From Eubacteriales bacterium (GTDB lineage Bacteria > Bacillota > Clostridia > Oscillospirales > CAG-382), in NCBI GenBank assembly GCA_028701715.1, contig JAQVQF010000002.1:1-32518 (forward strand): 32,518 nucleotides of DNA, read 5' to 3'. Positions 7,413-14,666 of this stretch are shown here, piece after piece; the stretch's first letter is position 1; the number at the start of each line of letters is the position of its first letter. A program made the position numbers and the translations under genes. Under the pieces are notes generated by a model. It searched no databases, was not told the DNA's origin, and worked only from the letters and a program-made list of their open reading frames with translations.

Positions 7413-9455
7413 ATGGAAACCAAAAAAGAAAAATTTTTTGACAAAAAGACCGTACTGTTTTTAGCAATATCGTTTGCGGTTTTGCTGTGCCTTGAACTCT
7501 GCTTTGCCAACCGGGCTTATCTTGCCGTAAAAACGGGCGGCTATGTAACCGTAGAGACGGATATGGAGGAAGCAAGGATTACAGGGAACATATCCCTAAA
7601 AGACGGAATCCTGCACATAAACGGGAGCGGTAAGATAGTCATTGAAGTGCCGGATGAGGAAATTGTCACCTTCGGTATTGAATGCTACGGTAAAAACGCT
7701 TTTTGCAATTTCAACACATATATAAAAGACCAAAACTCATCGATAGTCAGCAGAAAAACCGGTTCCCATCAGTTTCGACCCGACATCGGCGGTTGCAATG
7801 TGTTTTTTGTAGATTCCTTTGGTAAAGCATCAGAGCTGACGATCGAATTTGATTCCGATTGCGCCGGGTTGTATATAGAGAAAATAACACTAAACAGCAC
7901 CGGGGAGTTTAACTTAAATATATTCAGATTTATAATTTGCTTTTTTACAGCCGCGCTTGCCTGGCTTATATTACGAAAAAAATGGTACGGGATTGGTTAT
8001 AACAGAAAAAGCAAACCGCATACTTTACTGATAGTGATTATAACGTTATTTTGCCTTGCCTCCGCTCTTATCGGGAGCGTAAAGAATATGGGCTTTGACG
8101 ATTATCCCTTTATAAGGGATGTGGGCAGCTATACCTGCTATCAGCAGCAGTGCGACGCTTTTATAAAAGGGCAGTTGAATCTCGACATACCGTTTGAAGC
8201 GGATTCTTACGAAAACCTTGAAAACCCATATGATTATTACCTTCGCAGAGAGGTTCTCGGCTCGACCGGCAATCTATGGGATACAGCGTATTACGAAGGA
8301 AAGGTTTATTCGTATTTCGGGGTTGCGCCCGTGGTGCTTGTCTATTATCCGCTTTACCTTGTGACGGGGGACATGCCCCGCGACGGTACGGTAAGCCTTA
8401 TATTCGCCGCCGCAGCGACCGCGGCATTGATTCTGGCGTTGCTGAAAATTCTCGAGTATTTTAAAATTAAACCTCACTTGCTACTTCTGCTTCTCGGCAT
8501 ACCCGCGCTCTGTACCTCGTCTATGCTGTATGTTTTAAACGTCCATCCTTCGATGTATTATACCGCGGTGCTTTCGGGAATAACCTTCTTCGCGCTGCTT
8601 TTATATTTCTCGTTTGCCGCGGCAACGGCAGAAGAACATGTAAAGAGACGGGTTTTCCTTGCTCTCGCCGGAGTATGCGCGGTTTTCACCGTTGCGTCAA
8701 GACCTAATATTTTTATTTTTACTATTATGCTTATACCGCTGTATATCGAATTCTTTTTCTTGAGGAAAAGAAGCATAAGCGTCAGGCTTATAGATTTCAC
8801 CTGCGCGGCGATACCCGTTGTTATCGGCGCGGCGGCGATAATGTGGTATAATGCCGCAAGATTTTCCTCGCCCTTCGATTTCGGGGCCACATATCAGCTT
8901 ACTTTCGCCGATATGAGTTATTTTAAGCTTGCACTTTACAAGCTTTTCCCGGCGATGTACCATTATTTCCTTCAGCCTGTTACTTTCACCGGCACGTTCC
9001 CGTTTATGGATATATCCTCGGTCAATTTGGGTGTTTACCGTAATTATCTGTATATCTACGGTACCGCCGGAGCGGTAAATTTCCCGGTGGTGTGGGGTGC
9101 GTTGGGCTTTGTTTCCGTTTCAAAGGGAGATAAAATCAAGCGGTTTACATATTTGGGTGCTGTTTTTGCCGCAATAATCGTCGCTTTTGCCGACTTTTGC
9201 CTTGCCGGCAGTCATATACGCTATATGGGCGACATTATGTTCCCGTTGGCTCTTGTGGGTACGCTCGTGCTGCTGGAGCTTTCCTCAAAAGCAAACGAGC
9301 ATGAAGTATTCGGAAAGCTTGCGTACAGGATAACGGCGGTTTTATTTATAATTACGACTCTTGTCGCTTCGGCGCTGCTTTTTGCAAACGAGGCGGACAA
9401 TATATATGTTTTAGCGCCCGAATTGTTTGATTTCTTCGCAAAATTATTTAGATAG
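7413..9455 (+). CDS. large polytopic membrane protein, probable second GT-C-like transferase with an N-terminal extracytoplasmic beta-rich insert
   Basis: 680 aa. One TM helix (aa ~14-32) is followed by ~140 aa of soluble Cys-containing sequence and then more than 10 TM helices. The loop motif NPYDYY...WDTAYYEGKVYSYFGVAPVVLVYYP resembles loop motifs of ArnT/YfhO-like enzymes. The family is not firmly recognised. Confidence 0.45.
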   Translation: METKKEKFFDKKTVLFLAISFAVLLCLELCFANRAYLAVKTGGYVTVETDMEEARITGNISLKDGILHINGSGKIVIEVPDEEIVTFGIECYGKNAFCNFNTYIKDQNSSIVSRKTGSHQFRPDIGGCNVFFVDSFGKASELTIEFDSDCAGLYIEKITLNSTGEFNLNIFRFIICFFTAALAWLILRKKWYGIGYNRKSKPHTLLIVIITLFCLASALIGSVKNMGFDDYPFIRDVGSYTCYQQQCDAFIKGQLNLDIPFEADSYENLENPYDYYLRREVLGSTGNLWDTAYYEGKVYSYFGVAPVVLVYYPLYLVTGDMPRDGTVSLIFAAAATAALILALLKILEYFKIKPHLLLLLLGIPALCTSSMLYVLNVHPSMYYTAVLSGITFFALLLYFSFAAATAEEHVKRRVFLALAGVCAVFTVASRPNIFIFTIMLIPLYIEFFFLRKRSISVRLIDFTCAAIPVVIGAAAIMWYNAARFSSPFDFGATYQLTFADMSYFKLALYKLFPAMYHYFLQPVTFTGTFPFMDISSVNLGVYRNYLYIYGTAGAVNFPVVWGALGFVSVSKGDKIKRFTYLGAVFAAIIVAFADFCLAGSHIRYMGDIMFPLALVGTLVLLELSSKANEHEVFGKLAYRITAVLFIITTLVASALLFANEADNIYVLAPELFDFFAKLFR

Positions 9456-9464
9456 AGGTTTAAA

Positions 9465-11009
9465 ATGAATAAAGACGTTAAAAAGACGGCGATTATAATA
9501 GGAGCCGGTCCCGCCGGTCTTACCGCGGCGTATAAGCTGCTTAAGGAAACGGATTTAAAGGTTATAATCCTTGAGCAAAGCGAAACCATAGGCGGGATAT
9601 CGCAAACGGTGGTGCACAACGGAAACCGCATGGATATCGGCGGACACCGCTTCTTTTCCAAGGACGACAGAGTTAATGCTTTTTGGAAGGAGCTTATGCC
9701 TGTTCAGGGCAAGCCCGCGTATGACGATAAAATCTTGGGCAGGGAAAGGCCGCTTGCCGAAAAAGGACCCGATCCCGAACGCGACGAGCGCGTTATGCTG
9801 ATAAGAACAAGGGTTTCGAGGATATATTTTCTGAAAAAATTCTTTGCTTATCCTATTTCGATATCAATGGATACCATTAAAAACATGGGCTTTGTCCGCA
9901 CCGTTAAGGCGGGATTCGGTTATATTTGGTCGGCTGTCTTTAAAAAGAAAGAAACAAATTTACGTAATTTTTATATAAATCGTTTCGGTAAACCGCTTTA
10001 CGAGATGTTTTTTGAGGATTATACAGAAAAAGTCTGGGGTGTCAATCCCGCCGATATTTCCGCGGAGTGGGGAGCGCAGCGCGTAAAGGGGCTTTCGCTT
10101 TTCAAGGCCGTATGGACAATCATAACAAAGCCTTTCAGAAAAAAGAATTCCGGAAAGGTCGAAACCTCGCTTATCGAGCAGTTCATGTACCCGAAAAAAG
10201 GTCCGGGACAGCTCTGGGAAACCCTGGCGGACGAGGTTAAATCGCTCGGCGGTGAAATAATCATGAACTGCGGCGTTACCGGCGTAATTACTGAAAAGAA
10301 CACCGTTTTAGCGGTTAAGGCGGGAGAGCGCGAGTTTAAGGGCGATTATTTCCTTTCGTCCATGCCCGTGAAGGATCTCGTCGACGGTATGAACGCCGTC
10401 CCGGAGGATGTGAGTGAAATCGCTCACAACCTGCCCTACCGTGATTTTATCACAGTGGGTTTATTGTGCGACAGGCTTAATATTAAAAACGAAACCAAGA
10501 TGAAAACCCTGGGCAATATAGTCCCGGATTGCTGGATATATATACAGGAACGCGATGTTAAGCTGGGCAGACTGCAGATATTCAACAACTGGTCGCCGTA
10601 CATGGTCGCCGACCCCGAGCATAAGGTGTGGATAGGATTGGAATATTTCTGCTCCGAGGGCGACGATATGTGGAGCATGTCCGACAAGGATTTTATCGAG
10701 CTTGCCAAGAATGAGCTGGAGCATATAGGTGTGGCTGACAAAAAGGATATAACCGACGCCGTAAGGGTTAAAATCAAGAAAGCATACCCTTCATATTTCG
10801 GCACATACGAGCAATTCGATAAGGTTAAGGATTTTTTATGTTCTTTCGATAACCTTTACTGCATGGGACGCAACGGTCAGCACCGCTACAACAACATGGA
10901 CCATTCCATGCTCACCGCGATGATGGCTGCCGATTCGATACGCACGGGCAAGGACAAGGATGATATCTGGGATGTGAATACCGAAAAGTCGTATCATGAG
11001 AAAAAATAA
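9465..11009 (+). CDS. FAD/NAD(P)-dependent oxidoreductase, UDP-galactopyranose-mutase-like
   Basis: 514 aa. Dinucleotide fold [15 protein letters not shown]...[10 protein letters not shown], then [38 protein letters not shown] and [14 protein letters not shown]. The order of these blocks parallels long (eukaryote-type) UGM and amine-oxidase-fold flavoenzymes. SD AGAGG precedes the start. Confidence 0.65.
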   Translation: MNKDVKKTAIIIGAGPAGLTAAYKLLKETDLKVIILEQSETIGGISQTVVHNGNRMDIGGHRFFSKDDRVNAFWKELMPVQGKPAYDDKILGRERPLAEKGPDPERDERVMLIRTRVSRIYFLKKFFAYPISISMDTIKNMGFVRTVKAGFGYIWSAVFKKKETNLRNFYINRFGKPLYEMFFEDYTEKVWGVNPADISAEWGAQRVKGLSLFKAVWTIITKPFRKKNSGKVETSLIEQFMYPKKGPGQLWETLADEVKSLGGEIIMNCGVTGVITEKNTVLAVKAGEREFKGDYFLSSMPVKDLVDGMNAVPEDVSEIAHNLPYRDFITVGLLCDRLNIKNETKMKTLGNIVPDCWIYIQERDVKLGRLQIFNNWSPYMVADPEHKVWIGLEYFCSEGDDMWSMSDKDFIELAKNELEHIGVADKKDITDAVRVKIKKAYPSYFGTYEQFDKVKDFLCSFDNLYCMGRNGQHRYNNMDHSMLTAMMAADSIRTGKDKDDIWDVNTEKSYHEKK

Positions 11010-11026
11010 TAAACAAAATATAAGCG

Positions 11027-11052
11027 AAAAGAGCCGAAAAACGGCTCTTTTT
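11027..11052. terminator. bidirectional rho-independent terminator
   Basis: AAAAGAGCCG (11027-11036) pairs with CGGCTCTTTT (11042-11051) around loop AAAAA. The arms contain the A and T runs. It sits between the convergent flavoprotein and ABC genes. Confidence 0.8.
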
Positions 11053-11068
11053 ACTGTATATGACGAAG

Positions 11069-13798
11069 TTAACGGTTTCTTATGGCGTCGATAGGCTTTT
11101 TCGCCGCTATCTTGCGTACTGGCAGGAAGGACGATATAAAAGCCACGCTCATGCTGACGGCGAACAGCAGCGCTATCTGTCTCAACCCGAAGCTGAGCAC
11201 CGTTATGAGAAGTCCGGTGTTATTCCTGATATATATGTTTATCGCAAGCGTCACCAATACGGTGCCGACGGATGCCAGAGTAAAATTCGTGAAAGCAATG
11301 ATAAAGCTTTCGGAGAAGAATATCCTGAATACGTCGTTGGAGCGCGAGCCTATCGCACGGAGTATTCCTATATCCTGCTTTTTGTATGCCACGCTTGAGG
11401 CGATAAAGGTAGCAAGCAGTATGGCTGCGAAAAAAGCGAAACCCAGTCCGATATACAGGAAAACGTTTGAAAGCTCATACAATATGGTTTTTATCAGATC
11501 AAGCTGATATGTCACGGAGTTGCGCAAGGGATACCTTATATCACCGCTCTCGTCGTAACAGAATTCCAACAGCTCGGCTATTCCTTTATAGCCTGTCGGC
11601 ATAGCGCCGACGGCAAAGGTATAATTACCGTTGTTATTTCCAACAAATATATTGTATAAATTATCCCCGCATATGACGATGCTCTGCTTGGAATATATGT
11701 CGGAAGTATCGATATAACCTACAATCTTCCATCCGTCCTCATAAATAGTTTCATCCGAATTATATTTATAGCCGTTTATTGTTATGTTATTGTTTTCTTT
11801 AAGAAACGCGGTCATATCTTCTATATATTGATATGAATCCTTCCCGTAAACATCAACACTTCCCGAGCAAACGATAATTTCTTTTTCTCCCAACGATTCG
11901 CGGGCACCGTCGAGCCAAATAACCTTTGAGGTATCGATATCCGACAACCGCGCAAGGCTTTCGCAATAAAAGTTGACGATATATTGCGAACTGTCCGAAC
12001 CCATAAAATATAACGATGCGTTGCTTATTCTTGCTCCGTTGCCGACAGGGTTGAGACGGGCTACAAAACCTTTGCCGACAAACGCCACGGCGCACAGGCT
12101 GTACCGGATTTCCCCCTGGTATTCGCTGTAAAGCGTGTAGTCCACCAGCTGGTCGGCGCTGTCTGCGCTCGGATTGATTTTGGTAAGACGCTTATATCTG
12201 TCAAGGTTAAAATCAGTATCAATTATACCGGTGATTATATAATTTTTTCCGTTAAAGCTTATGGTTTTGCCTATCATATCCGAATATGATGTGATCTTTT
12301 CATAATCCGACTCGGTTCCGTCCGTATAACCCGCTTTAAAGAAGGTTTCGCAGATATAGGCGCTAACGGCGATTTCATCCTTGCTCCCGTCGGGAAGCAC
12401 ACCCGCTTTCAGAACATAACCCATGGCTTCAAGGTCGTCCTTTGATATTTCCGCATATCCGTATAAGCTGTCGGCGTATATGTTTATACCGGTTTCGGTA
12501 AATTTTGTGTTTGTGTCAAAATTTGAACTGAAACTAAGGCTGTTATATTCGTCGATGTAAACCCCGGTCATGGCGATGCCGGCCTTTTCCTTGATATGTG
12601 ATATGTCCTCGTCGGAAAGAAATGTACCGTAATCTTCCCAATATGAATAGCTTCCATAGGTCACTTTTTTTGATTTGATTACGGAAGCGTAGGTTATGCC
12701 GGTGTCAATAATGGAATTGGCGCCGGTGCGGATATAGTCGTAGTCCGAAAATGTATCGGAAAGGCCGAAAAGGGTGAACGCCACAAACGACAGTATTATG
12801 GTAAATACAAGACGTACTTTTTTATGCTTGAGTCCGCTGGCGCCTATCCTGAAAGCATTTTTAAGCGGCAGCCGAGATTTTATTAGCTTGAAAGGAGCGG
12901 AGGCCGAGCTTTTACCTTTTATGTTTACGGTATCCGTGGATTTGAATTTTTTGGATTTTCCTTCTGTTTTTATGACTATACCGTTATTCAATCCGTCAAT
13001 GAAAGCGTTTATCTGAAGACGATCCTGCTCAGTGAGATGATAACCCGCCGGGATTTCAACGGAATTTTCGGAAAACACGAGCTGTTGGGAAATTTCGGAT
13101 TCATCTGCGGACGGAATTCTTTCGTCCGTAAGCTCAACGTCGCTAATCACCTTGCCGTCGGCAAGCTCTATAATACGGTCGGCATAGCCTTCGGCAAACT
13201 CCCTGTCGTGGGAAACGACAACCACGAGCTTGCTTAACGAAAGCTTTTTAAGTGTCTGGAGGACCTGTTTTCCTGTCATAGAATCAAGTGATCCCGTAGG
13301 CTCGTCCGCGAAAATAATTTCCGGGTTTTTTACAAGCGCTCTCGCTATGGCGACACGCTGCTTCTGCCCGCCGGATAGCTCGTTGGGGCGGCGGCTGCCG
13401 TAGCCTGTCATGTCCACTTCCTCAAGTATGGCGTTTATTTTGTCATCTGTGGCTTTATTGCCCTGAAGCTCAAGAGCAAGACCGATATTTGCGCCCACGG
13501 TAAATTCCTCGAGCACGTTATATTCCTGAAATATAAAGCCCACATATGTGTTGCGGTAGGAATCGAAATCCGCCTGACTGAAATTTTTCGACGATACGCC
13601 CTTGATGATGATTTCACCGCTGTCGTATTTGTCCAGCCCGCCCAGTACATTGAGCATAGTGGATTTGCCGCTCCCCGATTTACCCAGCAGAAATACCATT
13701 CCGGTTTCGGGTAATGTGAGAGTTATATTGTCGAGAGCCTTTACGGGAACACCCTTTTTGGGCATATAAATTTTCGAAAGATTCAATGTCTCAAGCAT
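11069..13798 (-). CDS. fused ABC transporter ATP-binding protein / FtsX-MacB-type permease
   Basis: 909 aa. The N-terminal NBD has Walker [10 protein letters not shown], the signature [15 protein letters not shown] and Walker [15 protein letters not shown]1 lies at about aa 328-346. About 430 aa follow before three C-terminal TM helices with an FtsX-like end (...[18 protein letters not shown]). SD AAGGAG precedes the start. Confidence 0.85.
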   Translation of the reverse strand: MLETLNLSKIYMPKKGVPVKALDNITLTLPETGMVFLLGKSGSGKSTMLNVLGGLDKYDSGEIIIKGVSSKNFSQADFDSYRNTYVGFIFQEYNVLEEFTVGANIGLALELQGNKATDDKINAILEEVDMTGYGSRRPNELSGGQKQRVAIARALVKNPEIIFADEPTGSLDSMTGKQVLQTLKKLSLSKLVVVVSHDREFAEGYADRIIELADGKVISDVELTDERIPSADESEISQQLVFSENSVEIPAGYHLTEQDRLQINAFIDGLNNGIVIKTEGKSKKFKSTDTVNIKGKSSASAPFKLIKSRLPLKNAFRIGASGLKHKKVRLVFTIILSFVAFTLFGLSDTFSDYDYIRTGANSIIDTGITYASVIKSKKVTYGSYSYWEDYGTFLSDEDISHIKEKAGIAMTGVYIDEYNSLSFSSNFDTNTKFTETGINIYADSLYGYAEISKDDLEAMGYVLKAGVLPDGSKDEIAVSAYICETFFKAGYTDGTESDYEKITSYSDMIGKTISFNGKNYIITGIIDTDFNLDRYKRLTKINPSADSADQLVDYTLYSEYQGEIRYSLCAVAFVGKGFVARLNPVGNGARISNASLYFMGSDSSQYIVNFYCESLARLSDIDTSKVIWLDGARESLGEKEIIVCSGSVDVYGKDSYQYIEDMTAFLKENNNITINGYKYNSDETIYEDGWKIVGYIDTSDIYSKQSIVICGDNLYNIFVGNNNGNYTFAVGAMPTGYKGIAELLEFCYDESGDIRYPLRNSVTYQLDLIKTILYELSNVFLYIGLGFAFFAAILLATFIASSVAYKKQDIGILRAIGSRSNDVFRIFFSESFIIAFTNFTLASVGTVLVTLAINIYIRNNTGLLITVLSFGLRQIALLFAVSMSVAFISSFLPVRKIAAKKPIDAIRNR

Positions 13799-13847
13799 AG
13801 TTACTCCTTAAATGCGTATTGTTTACCAAATAAAGAACGAAAATATG

Positions 13848-14051
13848 TTATTTCTTATCCTTTTCTTTATAATAGAGCATGCAGTGACAGTAGCCTTCGA
13901 AATCCGGATCTGCGCTCTGCTCGCGGAATTCCTTGCATATACACTTTGTGTCATCGCTTATTTCACGCCTGCAGGGGCAATGCCCGTCTTTTTTCTTTAA
14001 TCCCTCGCGTATCGCAGCTACTATTTCCTTGTCTTCGTTTAATCTTACCAT
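13848..14051 (-). CDS. ferredoxin-thioredoxin reductase catalytic-subunit-like mini protein
   Basis: 67 aa with HCPCR...CIC...CHCMLYY (Cys 25/27, 37/39, 55/57). The start codon lies 1 nt after the trxA stop. Confidence 0.6.
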   Translation of the reverse strand: MVRLNEDKEIVAAIREGLKKKDGHCPCRREISDDTKCICKEFREQSADPDFEGYCHCMLYYKEKDKK

Positions 14052-14052
14052 A

Positions 14053-14373
14053 TCATTTGTATTTAACGAACAGCTCCTTCATCTGCTCGGCGGTTTTCGA
14101 ACCTTTCGTACGGAAAACCACTATATTGTTTTTAATAAATACTAGAGTGGGGATGACGCGAATATCGAACGCGTCGGAAAGCTCAGGCTCGTCATCCACA
14201 TTAACCTTGCAAAGCTTTACTCCGACAGCGTCTTCATCACTTATATCGTCAAGAACCGATCCCATTGCTCTGCACGGACCGCACCATGACGCCCAGAAAT
14301 CGATAAGCACAAGCTCGTCAGCCTGTTCGATCTCGGTCTTATATGTGAGGCTTGTCAAAACCGTATGTTTCAC
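14053..14373 (-). CDS. trxA: thioredoxin
   Basis: 106 aa with FWASWCGPCR (WCGPC at about 14272-14286) and a typical downstream IPTL. GTG start with SD AAGGAAGG. Confidence 0.93.
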   Translation of the reverse strand: MKHTVLTSLTYKTEIEQADELVLIDFWASWCGPCRAMGSVLDDISDEDAVGVKLCKVNVDDEPELSDAFDIRVIPTLVFIKNNIVVFRTKGSKTAEQMKELFVKYK

Positions 14374-14415
14374 TTTTTTGCCTTCCTTTCCATTTGTAAT
14401 GATATACCATAATTG

Positions 14416-14443
14416 ATTATATTTATGAATTAAACCTTGTCAA
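14416..14443 (-). promoter_or_regulatory. sigma-A type promoter for trxA operon: TTGACA-16 nt-TATAAT
   Basis: On the - strand, TTGACA is at 14443-14438 and TATAAT at 14421-14416, with a 16-nt spacer. The -10 element lies about 43 nt upstream of the trxA GTG. Confidence 0.6.
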
Positions 14444-14473
14444 CAGATAAAATGTTACTTTTTAGGATTGTTC

Positions 14474-14502
14474 TTGACTGTATATATTAAAAATGATATA
14501 AA
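14474..14502 (+). promoter_or_regulatory. sigma-A type promoter: TTGACT-17 nt-TATAAA with TGn extension
   Basis: TTGACT at 14474-14479, a 17-nt spacer ending in TGA, and TATAAA at 14497-14502. It would give a ~155-nt leader ahead of ATG 14667. Confidence 0.5.
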
Positions 14503-14666
14503 TATACATAATGATTCGTATAAAACGGGGTACGGCAGTCATGACAAAAAAATAAGCATCAGGCAGACAGACATCATGGAAGAACATTAAAACAGAAGAA
14601 AGGTGGGTGCGAACCCATGCCTACTTGCATGCCCATTTATGCAAGCTGAAGTGCATGGGCATAAAA

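Noticed and set aside
9221-9661. 146-aa ORF on the - strand spanning the junction of the 680-aa membrane protein and flavoprotein genes
   Set aside because: It is antisense to two well-supported genes, including the GAGPAGL dinucleotide-binding motif region. It has no SD and is a shadow ORF.
13812-14416. Several + strand ORFs (62, 70 and 156 aa) over the trxA / FTR-like region
   Set aside because: They are antisense to genes with WCGPC and CPC/CHC motifs, a matching promoter and SD sequences. They have no features of their own.
14541-14590. Two mini-ORFs in the GH78 leader: ATG ACA AAA AAA TAA at 14541-14555 and ATG GAA GAA CAT TAA at 14576-14590
   Set aside because: They are only 4 codons each, have no SD and have no regulatory codon runs. 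Nothing supports a leader-peptide attenuation mechanism.
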